Shown: in pieces, positions 15,734-25,882 of the stretch
Position numbering within the stretch: the first letter of the stretch is position 1
How the letters are laid out: every line of letters starts with the position of its first letter
NCBI GenBank assembly: GCA_965220545.1
Contig: CBDCQF010000010.1
Location: forward strand, 24,236-88,235
From: Dehalococcoidia bacterium
GTDB lineage: Bacteria; Chloroflexota; Dehalococcoidia; Lucifugimonadales; QGNO01
Reading direction: 5' to 3'
Length of the DNA: 64,000 bases
Made by a program: the position numbers and the translations under genes
Notes under the pieces: model-generated
Told to the model about the DNA's origin: nothing
Seen by the model: only the letters and a program-made list of their open reading frames with translations
Databases searched by the model: none

Positions 15734-15937
15734 AAGGGAACCCCCTTGCGACTAAGGATTGGCTACTTGTCACAGTCTCCCAACCCAGACACTCAGGTCT
15801 TGCAAGGGGGCACGAATGCCAAGCCCTATCTCAATAACCTAAGTGCCGACTGTGATGGGTCGAGACTGTGACAAACGCTAGTCTACATGGGGAAGTGCTT
15901 TGGGTTCAATCCTTAATAGGCCAGGGGGTTGGGTAAT

Positions 15938-15975
15938 AGGTTCCCGTCTGCACGGGAACGACGGAGGTGGGGCGG
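15938..15975. repeat. GC-rich hairpin repeat (cccgtNNNNacggg type)
   Basis: ggttcccgtctgcacgggaacgacggaggtggggcgg with stem ttcccgt/acgggaa. Same family as 10036-10070. Confidence 0.7.
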
Positions 15976-15988
15976 TACAGGCGATTTG

Positions 15989-16643
15989 TTATTTGATGGT
16001 GATGTCGCCGCTAGAGGTTCGGATTGTTAGTGAGCTGCTTCCGTCGCCGATGCTGCCGGTCAAACGATCATCGTGGGAGCGGCCGGTGATTGTGATTGGC
16101 ACTACGCTATTGATTTCGCCGTCGCTGGTTTCGGCGTCCAGCCATACTCCCGGAGTATTCACCAGAGTTACCTCCACATCGCCGCTGGAAGTCCTCAGCC
16201 TGGCTTGAGACTCCGGCTCCAGACGTCCGGCGACTGTGATGTCGCCATTGGAAGTCGTAGCGCTCACGCTGCCATCTATATCGCCCAGGGTTATTCTGCC
16301 ATTTTCGGATTCCAACTCTAGTTGGGCTTTTTTCGGGATCTCCACTTCTATATCGGCTCCGGCGTCGGCGCTGGAAGCGTTGGCTAACACAGACACCGTA
16401 TCGCCAATCTGGCTGGTCTGGTACTCCACCTTTTCCGGGTCTCTTATGGTTGCGGTTACTCGAACTTCTCCCGCGTCGCCCGAGTAGCGCACCGTAATGT
16501 CGCCGTTCTCAGTCTCTACTACTAAACCGGGGAGAGCCGCTCACTTGGAACGCATTATCCTGTACTACAACCTCCGCTTCCGGTACTGAACAGCCAAGCA
16601 TGACCAGTGGCAACGCCAGAACAAGCACGAATACGACTTTCAC
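15989..16643 (-). pseudogene. DUF4097-family beta-repeat lipoprotein, frameshifted near its 5' end
   Basis: GTG at 16641-16643 (RBS GGAGGG 10 nt upstream) encodes the lipoprotein signal MKVVFVLVLALPLVMLGCSVPEAEVVVQDNAFQVSGSPR and then stops. A shift of one base at the aaaccgggg run (16525-16534) joins it to LVVETENGDITVRYSGDAGEVRV..., which is ORF 15989..16492. That ORF carries repeated NG(D/R)IT(V/L) and SSGD(V/I) strands typical of DUF4097. Confidence 0.65.
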
Positions 16644-16782
16644 GTTTTATCGACCCTCCGATAAGGTTTGCCTCTACTTACTCCGCTAGCTGGGTGGCGG
16701 CTAGTGTACGTATGAACGCACCGACCGATTCCAGGCACTGACCAACTCCTAACGACGCGGTGGGGTGGGCGGGCGCGGTTAC

Positions 16783-17568
16783 CTATCCGCCGGTGCGGCC
16801 TCCGTCCACCCTGAAGGTGGCTCCGCAGACCCACTCACTGGCGTCGGACGCGAGAAATATGGATACGCCGACGTGGTCTTCCGGCGCACCTAGTCGTCCA
16901 ATTGCGATGCGCTGCGTAAGGCGCTTCACGTTCTCCTGGTCCTGGTACCTGTCTTCCTGAGGCCTCGTAACCGCCAGGGGCCATATCTCGTTGACGCGGA
17001 CGCCCTTGGGACCCCACTCGGCGGCAAGGCTCTTGGTGAAGTTGGTGATGCCCGCCTTGCTGATACCGTACGGCGTGCGCCGGGGTGAAGGCTCGTAGCC
17101 GCTGACCGAACTGACGTTGATGATGCTGCCTTTGCCCTGCTCCAGCATGACAGACCCCACGGTCTTACACATGAAGAAGCACGACTTCACGTTGTTTCTA
17201 ATGACCTCGTCCAGTACGTCCTCGGTCAACTCCTCCAACGGCTTTTCGTAGTACAGCCCATCGGCGGTGCGCATCCCGCCTGCTCCGTTGAACAGAATGT
17301 CTACGCGGCCAAACTTGTCCAGAACCCTGTCCACAAAGCCGCTGGCCTTGTCTTCATAGCCTATGTGGGCCGTATCGAACAGCGATTCACGACCAAGGTC
17401 TTCGATAGCGGCGCTGGTGGCCTCCGCCCTCTCCGGGACCTTGTCCACTACCGCCACGTGGGCTCCGGCTTGTGCGAAGCCCAAAGCGACCGCTTTGGAG
17501 ATTCCATGACCGCCGCCGGTCACGATAGCCACTCTATCCGTCAGATCAAACATTGAAAGGTCTGCCAT
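16783..17568 (-). CDS. SDR-family oxidoreductase
   Basis: 261 aa. VTGGGHGISKAVA, NGAG, and S...YGISKAG. Confidence 0.85.
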   Translation of the reverse strand: MADLSMFDLTDRVAIVTGGGHGISKAVALGFAQAGAHVAVVDKVPERAEATSAAIEDLGRESLFDTAHIGYEDKASGFVDRVLDKFGRVDILFNGAGGMRTADGLYYEKPLEELTEDVLDEVIRNNVKSCFFMCKTVGSVMLEQGKGSIINVSSVSGYEPSPRRTPYGISKAGITNFTKSLAAEWGPKGVRVNEIWPLAVTRPQEDRYQDQENVKRLTQRIAIGRLGAPEDHVGVSIFLASDASEWVCGATFRVDGGRTGG

Positions 17569-17610
17569 GTATTCCTCCTTTAGTACTCACACCGTAGTTG
17601 TGGTTTCAAC

Positions 17611-18660
17611 TTACGGCTTACATGCCTCCATAGTTGCCGATACCGACTCCACTCCGGGGCGCGTCACGACGACCCGCGCCACTGCCGTATCCAATCCTTG
17701 CGACAGCTTACGGAAAGCCTCCGCGGCGCCCGACGGCTTGCCAAAGTAGCCCACGCGCAACGCCATATCCGGCGGTACGGCATCTACTATCCTGTCCTCA
17801 GGCTCTCCCTTGTTCCTCATCTCATCCAGTTCAGAGAGTATATCGGCGAACCCCATTCTATCGAAATGCGCCCGATATCCCAAACCGCGCGGCCTCTGAG
17901 TTCCGGGCTGTCCCAGCGCGTAACCAAGCATAGCGGCCACAAAGGCGCGCCTGGCCTGGTCTTCGTCCTCGTCTACGCACATCCTTATATATTCGACGAT
18001 CTTGACGGAACCCGGTTCGCGGCCCGCTTTCGCCTCTCCCTCCGCGACCCTTTCCCTGCTCCAAGCAATCTGCTCAGGCGTGCACCAGTTCAGTGCGGCG
18101 CCATCGGCAAGCTGGCCGGCCAGCCGCAGCATCTGGGGTCCAAGAGCGCCGAGGTATACGGGGGTACGCGGCGGGGAGTCGAAGGCAAGCTGAACGCCTC
18201 TCAAGTTCACAGCCGTGCCTTCGTAGGTAGCCACCTCACCAGCCAGCAGTCCATTGAGGGTTGTCAGGTATTCCCTCATCAGCCGCACCGGCGGGACTTC
18301 CGATACACCAAAAGCGTTACGGGTCTCCTCCTGGTACAACCCTCCGACGCCTATTCCAAGCAGGAACTTTCCTCCCGTAATACGGCTCAGCGTTCCCGCA
18401 CTCATCGCCAGCGCCACCGGCCCGCGCAGAGACACCGGCGACACGGAAATGCCGGTGGTCAGCCCGCCGTCCACGGCACCGGCGGTAGCCGCCCATCGCA
18501 GCTGGCAGAGGTGGAAGGAGTCCAGGCCGGGCCCCTCCGGCGTCCATATGCTGGAATAGCCCAAACGCGCCGCTGCTCTGGAAACCTGATCCTGGTCTTG
18601 GAGGGACAGACCCAAAGAGCCGTCTATACCAATTCCTATATCCACATTATCTCCTTGCAA
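17611..18660 (-). CDS. Luciferase-like (LLM class) flavin/F420-dependent oxidoreductase
   Basis: 349 aa. Pattern LGYSSIWTPE...GGKFLLGIGVGG...LRLAGQLADGAALNW is typical of LLM-class enzymes. Confidence 0.7.
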   Translation of the reverse strand: MQGDNVDIGIGIDGSLGLSLQDQDQVSRAAARLGYSSIWTPEGPGLDSFHLCQLRWAATAGAVDGGLTTGISVSPVSLRGPVALAMSAGTLSRITGGKFLLGIGVGGLYQEETRNAFGVSEVPPVRLMREYLTTLNGLLAGEVATYEGTAVNLRGVQLAFDSPPRTPVYLGALGPQMLRLAGQLADGAALNWCTPEQIAWSRERVAEGEAKAGREPGSVKIVEYIRMCVDEDEDQARRAFVAAMLGYALGQPGTQRPRGLGYRAHFDRMGFADILSELDEMRNKGEPEDRIVDAVPPDMALRVGYFGKPSGAAEAFRKLSQGLDTAVARVVVTRPGVESVSATMEACKP

Positions 18661-18669
18661 TAACCCGGT

Positions 18670-19785
18670 TCACTGCAACAGCTTGGGTCGCAGGTCTCTT
18701 CCCTCAAGGGCAGGATTGTCCGGGCCGTACCTGTGCGCTCGGAACACCCAGTTGGCGCGATCCATGCCGGAACCGGAAGAGAAGAACGGATTTATGTACT
18801 CCCAGACTATATCCTTATCCGGGCCGACTTCAAATAACCGCCCGTGCGCGCCTTCGCAGATGAGCGTGTTGCCGTTGGGCAGACGCTCCGCTCCACTGAT
18901 GTGGTAACTATAAAACGAAACGGGTGGGGCGCCCTGGTACTCCCAGCCGATTTCGCCGGTGAACGGTTCGACCTCTAGCACCCTGGAATAGTCCATGCCC
19001 CTTCGGTGCGACCCGTTGTCGAACAGCAGCAGCCGTCCGTTGTCCAGTGGCGAGGCATTGTGCTGATGCGATATCTCGCCGGGGCCCCATCTCCATCTGA
19101 TCTCTCCACTCTCCCTGGACACGATAGCTACGACGCTGGTCTTTCTGAAACTGATAAGGATATCGCCGTTGGGCATGGCCGCCAGCGAGTTTCCATGAGT
19201 CCACTCCTCGCGGTTTTCCAGCGGGCAGATGATATCCTGCGAAGGATCCAGATATTCCCAGGAAACCCACTCGAAGACCACGTCACCAGCGGGTGTGACC
19301 TCCCGTATCACGTCGCCGAACATAACCGCCGGGTCGTCGTCGTCCTTCTCGTATCCGCCTTGTATGCGAGAGATCAACTCCTCCGGCATGCGCTGCCAGA
19401 AAAGGAGCAACGTATTGCCGCTGGGCAGTCTCACGAAATCGTGGTGAAGGTACGGGTCGCGGTACTCCCAGACCACGTTGCTATCCCAATCGAGCTCGAT
19501 GATCGCCGCCGTGCCGCCGCCGGCATGGCCGGGAAGGTCATCGGTTTCCGGCTGTCTAACGCGGCAGAGCAGGTTCCCATTGGGGAGCAAGTGTCCGTAC
19601 TTGATGCTCTCCTCGTGCCACCAGCGATGACATATGCGTCCTTCCAGGTCTATCAAGTTGGCGTATTTGCCGGACTCGCCGGGTTGAGCGCCGCCTCCGG
19701 CATTGGCAAACAGGGTGTAGCCCGGATAGCACAGTTGCGGCGCGGAGAATATGAGACCGGTGGGATGATGTTCGGACCAGCCCAT
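18670..19785 (-). CDS. Arylsulfotransferase (ASST)-family beta-propeller protein
   Basis: 371 aa. Repeated LPNGN(L/T)L, HHD and NGD/DNG blade motifs as in ASST-type propellers. No signal peptide. Confidence 0.5.
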   Translation of the reverse strand: MGWSEHHPTGLIFSAPQLCYPGYTLFANAGGGAQPGESGKYANLIDLEGRICHRWWHEESIKYGHLLPNGNLLCRVRQPETDDLPGHAGGGTAAIIELDWDSNVVWEYRDPYLHHDFVRLPSGNTLLLFWQRMPEELISRIQGGYEKDDDDPAVMFGDVIREVTPAGDVVFEWVSWEYLDPSQDIICPLENREEWTHGNSLAAMPNGDILISFRKTSVVAIVSRESGEIRWRWGPGEISHQHNASPLDNGRLLLFDNGSHRRGMDYSRVLEVEPFTGEIGWEYQGAPPVSFYSYHISGAERLPNGNTLICEGAHGRLFEVGPDKDIVWEYINPFFSSGSGMDRANWVFRAHRYGPDNPALEGRDLRPKLLQ

Positions 19786-19787
19786 GC

Positions 19788-21071
19788 CTACTCCAAGGCG
19801 TAAGCCTGGTCCAAGAGGTCTATTACGTGGCTCACCGTAACCGGACTGCCTGCCTCTCTAAGTCCCGTCTCCATTTGAATTGCGCAACCGGGGTTGGCCG
19901 TGGCCATCACTTCCGAACCGGTGGCCAGCACGGACAAGACCTTGTTCCTCTGAAGCTGCCGCGACATCTCCGGCTGCAACGTGCTGTAGAGACCAGCGGC
20001 TCCGCAACAGCGGCTGGAAGCTTCCATCTCCACCAGTTGCAGACCGGGTATCGACTGGAGCAAGCGGCGAGGCGCCTCCGTTATCCGCTGGGCGTGGGCC
20101 AGATGGCACGCATCCTGGTACGTCACCCGCACGGCCAGCTTCCCCTTGGGGGGCTCCCAGGGCAAACCGACCAAGAATTCGGAGATGTCCTTGACCTTGG
20201 CGCTGATGGCTTGCGCTTTCTCCGCATATTCAGGGTCGTCGCGCAAAAGGTCGTCGTACTCCTTCATCGTGGAGCCACATCCTGCCGACGCCACCACCAC
20301 GGCGTCCACGTCCTCAGCCAGGAAAACATCGATGTTGCGACGCGCCATGCTCTGTGCCTGCCGCCTGTCTCCGCCGTGCAGGTTCAAAGCGCCGCAGCAG
20401 ACCTGGTCTGAGGGCACTGACACTTCGCAGCCGTTCCTCGCCAGCACGCGTACGGCGGCTTCCATGGTCGGGCCATGGGTCAGCGGCATAACGCAGCCGG
20501 AGAGCAGGACGACCCTGGCCCTGGTTTCAGTGCGGGTGGCGGCAACGTCTCCCGCCGGTTTGAATACGGAGGCAGGCAGGTTTGGCAGCTGCCTGTGGAA
20601 CCTGCCGACTATCCAAGGCGCCCGGCGGAACAGCTGGGGCAGGCCGGTGCGCTGGTATAGCCGCAGCGCCGTGCCCAGAGCATACAAGCGCCCGGGGTAC
20701 GACAGGAGATGGTGGAAGGCAAGATTCAAAGCGAATCTCCTCCAAAGCGGCACTCTCTTTTGATTGGATATCTCTTCCCGCGTCGCCTCCATCAGCCTGC
20801 CGAAGGGGACACCGGAAGGGCAGACCACTTCACAGGCGCGGCATTGCAAGCACAAGTCCATGTGCGACGTTACATGGCTGGTATAGGAGACGCGGTCTTC
20901 GCGCACCGCCTTCATCAGCGCAATACGCCCCCGCGGCGATTCGGTTTCAAGGCCGGTCTCCAAATAGGTAGGACAGGCATTGAGGCAGAGACCGCAATGT
21001 ACGCACTTGTACAGGTCTTCGTCACGGGGTCCGGCAAAGACGGGGCTGGCTGGGGTCTGTTGGCGCACCAC
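19788..21071 (-). CDS. glcF: Glycolate oxidase iron-sulfur subunit
   Basis: 427 aa. Two 4Fe-4S motifs (CVHCGLCLNACP, CLQCRACEVVCP) plus two CCG cysteine-rich domains. Last gene of a tightly packed glcD-E-F string. Confidence 0.85.
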   Translation of the reverse strand: MVRQQTPASPVFAGPRDEDLYKCVHCGLCLNACPTYLETGLETESPRGRIALMKAVREDRVSYTSHVTSHMDLCLQCRACEVVCPSGVPFGRLMEATREEISNQKRVPLWRRFALNLAFHHLLSYPGRLYALGTALRLYQRTGLPQLFRRAPWIVGRFHRQLPNLPASVFKPAGDVAATRTETRARVVLLSGCVMPLTHGPTMEAAVRVLARNGCEVSVPSDQVCCGALNLHGGDRRQAQSMARRNIDVFLAEDVDAVVVASAGCGSTMKEYDDLLRDDPEYAEKAQAISAKVKDISEFLVGLPWEPPKGKLAVRVTYQDACHLAHAQRITEAPRRLLQSIPGLQLVEMEASSRCCGAAGLYSTLQPEMSRQLQRNKVLSVLATGSEVMATANPGCAIQMETGLREAGSPVTVSHVIDLLDQAYALE

Positions 21072-21072
21072 C

Positions 21073-22374
21073 TCAGATGCCTCCCACGTATCTGCCGGGG
21101 TTGAGAATACGGTTGGGGTCCATTCTGTCCTTCAATCGCCGCATCAGGTGCAGGGCCGGACCCGGGTCGCCCCACACGTCCAGCTCAGCCTTTGCCTGCA
21201 AAGGCGCATGCTCCACCAAGGCATAGCCATCGACGGATGAGGCTATGCTTCTAAGGCCGGATACTAAGTTCTTGATTTGATTGCAAGGAGCCCCGATTTT
21301 GCACTTCACAACGCCCCGCGCCGGTCCGGCAGCGATTTCCAGGGTGTGGCCGTTCCGCGCGCAATACTCGGATATCGTGCCGACTACGAACTTGGTCTTA
21401 GATGGAAGGTGCCCCAAGCTGAGCAGGGCCTCTTCTCCGGCACCGTCGTCCCACCCAAAATCCGTGACGGCGTCCCACAGGGCGCTTGCTTGATCTTGTA
21501 AGAGGGTATCGACGTTCTCCGCGCCCGCCTGCTCCAGCAGGGACTTCCCCTTCTCCAGTCGAACTTCCACAGACGGGACAGAGCCTTGGAAACGGGCGTA
21601 GACGCGGTTCCGTTCGTCGCTTGCCTTGATCAGCTCTACAGCCTCACTGGCATATTGAGAACGAGCGATCTCGTGGCAGGCGTCTACCGCCTTGCCCAAA
21701 TCGCCGAACTCAGCGGCCAAGGTAACATCCTCTTTGGGAAATGGGAGCACCTTGAACGTGGCCTGCAAGATTATGCCCAGCGTCCCCAGCGCGCCTATGT
21801 GCAGTTTGGGCAAATCGAACCCGGTGACGTTCTTGACTACGTTTCCCCCACTCTTGGTAAGAGTCCCACCGGCGCTTGCAATCCTTACTCCCAGCACAAA
21901 GTCACGGGCGGAGCCGTAGGAAAGGCTGAGAGGCCCGGACAGGTTTGCGGCAAGTATGCCGCCTACGGTCCTCCTACCGGCCAGCGGCGGGTCCAGCGGC
22001 AGCCACTGGCCCTGTTCCGCGAGCCGTTCCTGTAGCAGTCCGAAGTTAGTCCCCGCGCCGACGCTTACCGTCAAATCGCCGGGATTATGGTCGATAAGGT
22101 GCGGCAGCATTTCGGTGCCAACTACAACGTCCAATCTTTCGGGCAAGTTCCCCAACCAGACGGCGTTTCCCGACCCTCTGGGCGATACGGCCCAACGTTT
22201 TTCGTTTGCCTCTTTGAGCAAGGCGGACAGCTCCTCCTCGGAAGCGGGGAAAACGGCGGCTTTGGGAGTGAGTCCTTCCACAGCGTGGCTGGATAGATCG
22301 GAGTCAGGAACAAGGGAAGTCCCGTTCATGACGTGGCCGAGCATTTCCCGCATTTGGGCAGAAGACGGCATCAC
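21073..22374 (-). CDS. glcE: Glycolate oxidase FAD-binding subunit
   Basis: 433 aa with an FAD_binding_4-type N-terminal half. Its ATG overlaps the glcD stop (ATGA at 22371-22374). Confidence 0.75.
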   Translation of the reverse strand: MMPSSAQMREMLGHVMNGTSLVPDSDLSSHAVEGLTPKAAVFPASEEELSALLKEANEKRWAVSPRGSGNAVWLGNLPERLDVVVGTEMLPHLIDHNPGDLTVSVGAGTNFGLLQERLAEQGQWLPLDPPLAGRRTVGGILAANLSGPLSLSYGSARDFVLGVRIASAGGTLTKSGGNVVKNVTGFDLPKLHIGALGTLGIILQATFKVLPFPKEDVTLAAEFGDLGKAVDACHEIARSQYASEAVELIKASDERNRVYARFQGSVPSVEVRLEKGKSLLEQAGAENVDTLLQDQASALWDAVTDFGWDDGAGEEALLSLGHLPSKTKFVVGTISEYCARNGHTLEIAAGPARGVVKCKIGAPCNQIKNLVSGLRSIASSVDGYALVEHAPLQAKAELDVWGDPGPALHLMRRLKDRMDPNRILNPGRYVGGI

Positions 22375-23813
22375 ACCCAGGCTCCGGCACCGGCTCTGCT
22401 CATCGCCGCCTGCTGTCCGGTATCCAGGCAGGACGCGCCGTCAGGGAACATCTTGCCGGGATTGAACAGGCCGTTGGGGGCAAAGGTCTCTTTCAGCTGA
22501 AGCATCGCATCCATATCGGCATCGCTGAACATCAGCGGCATGTACGCCTTCTTCTCCAGTCCGACGCCATGCTCACCGGTGAGGACTCCACCAGCGTCAA
22601 TGCACACCTCCAGTATCTTGCCGCCGGCCTCGATGACTCGCTCGGTCTGGCCGGGCTGCCTTTCGTCGAAAACGATGCAGGGGTGCAGGTTGCCGTCTCC
22701 GGCGTGGAAGACATTAGCGACGGGCAAACCGTACTCCTCGCTGATCTCCCCTACCCTACGCAGCACGTTGGGAAGTTTTGATCTGGGCACCACGCCGTCT
22801 ACAAGGTAATAGTTCGGCGCCAAGGTACCCAGCGCGCCCAGAGCGCCCTTCCTTCCCACCCAGAGTCGTTCCCGTTCCGCAGCCTCGCTTGCCTCCTTGA
22901 CGTCGGTGGCCCCCGCATCGATGCAAATCTCCCGAACCATGGCGGCCGCTTCGTCCACCTCCACATCCAGTCCGTCCACCTCTATGAGCAGCACCGCACC
23001 GGCATCCTTGGGGTATCCAAAGTTGATTGCCGTTTCCACCGCCTTTATGGCCAGGCTGTCCATCATCTCCATTGCGGTGGGTATCAGCCCTCCGCCTATC
23101 ACCGCGGATACTGCCTTGCTGGCCTGCTCGATATCATCAAACACGGCAAGCATCGTCTTTACCGACTGCGGAGCGGGCAGCAGACCCACCACCGCCTTTG
23201 TAACCACCCCCATCATCCCCTCCGACCCAACGAACGCTCCCACCAGATCGTACCCGGGGCGGCCCCTGTATGGGTCGCCCAGCCAGACCACGGACGCGTC
23301 CTCCAATACCACTTCGAGAGACAGCACGTGGTTTGTCGTCACTCCGTAGCGCAGGCAGTGAGGCCCTCCGGAGTTCTCGGCCACGTTTCCGCCTATGGTG
23401 CAAGCGCGCTGGCTGGAAGGGTCCGGAGCGAAATAGAGGCCGTGCCGGGAAGCGGCCACCGAAAGATCAAGATTCACAACGCCGGGCTCAACCACGGCTA
23501 TCCTATTCATGGGGTCTATCTGCAGAATGGAACGCATCCTGGTCAGGGCCAGCTCTATGCCGCCCTCGGAGGCGATTGCGCCGCCGGACAGGCCGGTGCC
23601 CGCGCCTCTCGGTATAACCGGCAGGCCTTCCCTGCCCGCCAGCTCCACTACCCGCGACACCTCCTCGGTAGAAGCGGGAAACACCACGGCCGCGGGCAGT
23701 CCCCTATCCACGGAACCGTCGTACTCGAAGACCAGCAGGTCGTCGGGATGGTGAATCACCGACCGCTTGCCCACAATGTGTTCGAGCTGTTTCACCAAGC
23801 GTCGCTTGTCCAT
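22371..23813 (-). CDS. glcD: Glycolate oxidase subunit GlcD (FAD-linked oxidase)
   Basis: Track ORF 22371..23852, likely starting at MDKRRLVKQLE (23813). RGAGTGLSGG and the FAD-oxidase C-terminal domain GEHGVGLEK. Confidence 0.85.
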   Translation of the reverse strand: MDKRRLVKQLEHIVGKRSVIHHPDDLLVFEYDGSVDRGLPAAVVFPASTEEVSRVVELAGREGLPVIPRGAGTGLSGGAIASEGGIELALTRMRSILQIDPMNRIAVVEPGVVNLDLSVAASRHGLYFAPDPSSQRACTIGGNVAENSGGPHCLRYGVTTNHVLSLEVVLEDASVVWLGDPYRGRPGYDLVGAFVGSEGMMGVVTKAVVGLLPAPQSVKTMLAVFDDIEQASKAVSAVIGGGLIPTAMEMMDSLAIKAVETAINFGYPKDAGAVLLIEVDGLDVEVDEAAAMVREICIDAGATDVKEASEAAERERLWVGRKGALGALGTLAPNYYLVDGVVPRSKLPNVLRRVGEISEEYGLPVANVFHAGDGNLHPCIVFDERQPGQTERVIEAGGKILEVCIDAGGVLTGEHGVGLEKKAYMPLMFSDADMDAMLQLKETFAPNGLFNPGKMFPDGASCLDTGQQAAMSRAGAGAWV

Positions 23814-24081
23814 ACTTGCGCCCTCTAAACGGCTTCGGACATGGTAACCCAAATCCTTCTATCTGGCACCAGTTTGCTTTGAGGGCAAATGTTGTCTTAC
23901 CATCGGGTTATGGTTGGTGAAGAGCCCGACACCAGAGCAGACCGGCGAGAGCGGAAGCGCATTAGCAAGCGAAAGATGCGGGTTACCGGTAGAGGCGTGC
24001 GGTTGCTGCAAGAGATCACTCGCCGCAGGGCCGAGCGTTTGAAAACGGAACGTGAAGAAAAAGAGTAACGAGGAGGCACCA

Positions 24082-25065
24082 ATGGCACTGACAAAGCAAG
24101 AACGAGTACGGGCGGTACTTGAAGGCGAAACGGTCGACCGGCCTCCCCTCAGCGTGTGGCGGCATTTCTACGACAAGGAGACGACCGTCCAAGGTCTTGT
24201 TGAGTCGATGCTTGGCTTCCAGCGGCAATACGATTGGGATTTCATGAAGGTGAACCCGCGCGCCCAGTATCACGTTGAAGACTGGGGCGCGACGTTCCGG
24301 TATCCCGCGGACCCTACCGAGGGCCCGACGGCGCTGGACGTGCCGGTTGGCTCAGTTGAACAGTGGGAGTATATCGAACCTCTGAAAGCAACCGCGGGCG
24401 TCCTCGATGAGCATCTAAAGGCCCTGAGCGATATCAAGAAAGGCCTGGCCGGTGAGGTACCGTTCATAATGACAGTGTTCAACCCGATATCCATCGCGGG
24501 ACGGCTGGTGGAGTCGGAGGGTGTTCTTGTAGAGCAGATGCGGAGCCACCCGGACAAAGTCCACTCGGCGCTTGAGGTGGTCACCGAGACCTTCAGCAAC
24601 TACGTCAGCGAGATATTGAACGCCGGCGCCGACGGTATCTTCTTCGCGACCACGTCATGGGCTACCACGGACCTCATAACCGGAGAAGAGTACGCGGAGT
24701 TTGGCCGTCCCTACGATCTACGCGTCCTCGATGCGGCCAAGGATGCCTGGTTCAATGTGCTTCACGTTTGCCGCAGTAACAATATGCTGCGCGACCTCAT
24801 CGATTACCCCGTCCAAGCGTTCAACTGGGACACGGAGGACGCCACCAACCCCTCACTTGAAGAAGCCCGTACCCTTACAAGCAAAACCCTCATGGGGGGC
24901 GTCAGCCGCGAAACGCTGCTGAACGGCCAACCGGGGTCGGTGGCCGGTGAAGTCAAACAGGCGACGGCACAGACTGATGGCCGGGGGTTGATGATCAGCT
25001 CCACGTGCTCAATTTCGCCGCGCTGTCCAGGGACGAACTTGGAAGCGTTGCGTAAATCCGTGTAG
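24082..25065 (+). CDS. Uroporphyrinogen decarboxylase (URO-D) family protein (MtaA/CmuA-like methyltransferase fold)
   Basis: Track ORF 24052..25065, likely starting at MALTKQERV (24082) after gaggagg. RVRAVLEGETVDRPP, DGIFFATT and HVC are typical of URO-D-family members. Confidence 0.65.
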   Translation: MALTKQERVRAVLEGETVDRPPLSVWRHFYDKETTVQGLVESMLGFQRQYDWDFMKVNPRAQYHVEDWGATFRYPADPTEGPTALDVPVGSVEQWEYIEPLKATAGVLDEHLKALSDIKKGLAGEVPFIMTVFNPISIAGRLVESEGVLVEQMRSHPDKVHSALEVVTETFSNYVSEILNAGADGIFFATTSWATTDLITGEEYAEFGRPYDLRVLDAAKDAWFNVLHVCRSNNMLRDLIDYPVQAFNWDTEDATNPSLEEARTLTSKTLMGGVSRETLLNGQPGSVAGEVKQATAQTDGRGLMISSTCSISPRCPGTNLEALRKSV

Positions 25066-25074
25066 GGCTTGCAA

Positions 25075-25797
25075 ATGAGTGAATTGGGAAATCAGAAGCG
25101 CGGGGCTCGAGCGGCGATAGTCGGTAGTGCCGCCGGCATCGTTCCTGCTATCTCCCTGGCCTTCTACTGGTTTTCGTCACAGGAACCCCATGTCGCCGCT
25201 CAACGTTTGGGCTACGTAGCCTGGGCTTTACTATTCCTCTCGCCGTATGTGCTGGCGTTCGTGGCCTCTAGGGTGCGAGACCCTGGAGTACGCGGTGGAC
25301 TGCTCCTGGGTATGGGCCTGCTGTCGTTAATAGGAACCTTCTCAACCTTCTCAATAATCGCTTTTGTTTTTCTGCCCGCTACATTCGTTATTTGGTTCGC
25401 CGCTGTCAGAAGTTTGACTGTCGCGAAACGCCCGCTGGGGACGGCGATACCTGCTACTGTTGCAGGGCTGCTGATCGCTGCGATTGTGGGGTTCGGCTTC
25501 TTTTCCCTGTTGTGGACTCAGCACCAGGACATGGAGGTTCGCTGTTGGGTTCTGACCCAGGGCCCGGACGGACACTCCAGGTGGGAGTCACGACCCAATG
25601 TCGGAGAGCAAGGGACAATTAGCGTTGGACCCCTAACGGGTGGCGAACGATCCATATGCATCAGCGGCATCATCCCTAACTCCGGGGCCGTGATGAGCAT
25701 AGGCGCGGTTGCCATAGCTATTCTGGCAATGTTGATGATTTCACGGTGGTTAGGACACGTAGGGCTGCCCATCTACGGAGACTCACGGCGGCGCTAA
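25075..25797 (+). CDS. Membrane protein, unknown function
   Basis: About 240 aa with 5-6 hydrophobic helices and a short soluble insert. No family recognised. Confidence 0.45.
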   Translation: MSELGNQKRGARAAIVGSAAGIVPAISLAFYWFSSQEPHVAAQRLGYVAWALLFLSPYVLAFVASRVRDPGVRGGLLLGMGLLSLIGTFSTFSIIAFVFLPATFVIWFAAVRSLTVAKRPLGTAIPATVAGLLIAAIVGFGFFSLLWTQHQDMEVRCWVLTQGPDGHSRWESRPNVGEQGTISVGPLTGGERSICISGIIPNSGAVMSIGAVAIAILAMLMISRWLGHVGLPIYGDSRRR

Positions 25798-25882
25798 CAA
25801 TTTTCGCTCTGGGTGGTTGCAGTAACGTAAATCGATATCAGATTGATTCCAAGACAAAGCCGTGAGGAACGAGACCGTAATC

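Noticed and set aside
15902-15912. GGGTTCAATCC, which resembles a tRNA T-loop and so a possible tRNA or att remnant at an island border.
   Set aside because: The flanking bases do not pair as a T-stem, and no cloverleaf can be drawn.
23853-24081. Possible cobalamin riboswitch upstream of the URO-D/MtaA-like gene. I also looked for a purine riboswitch upstream of the NCS2 permease (34751..35013).
   Set aside because: I could not find the B12 box or the conserved GGTG...AATCC core, and I could not find the purine-riboswitch junction motifs. The evidence is insufficient.
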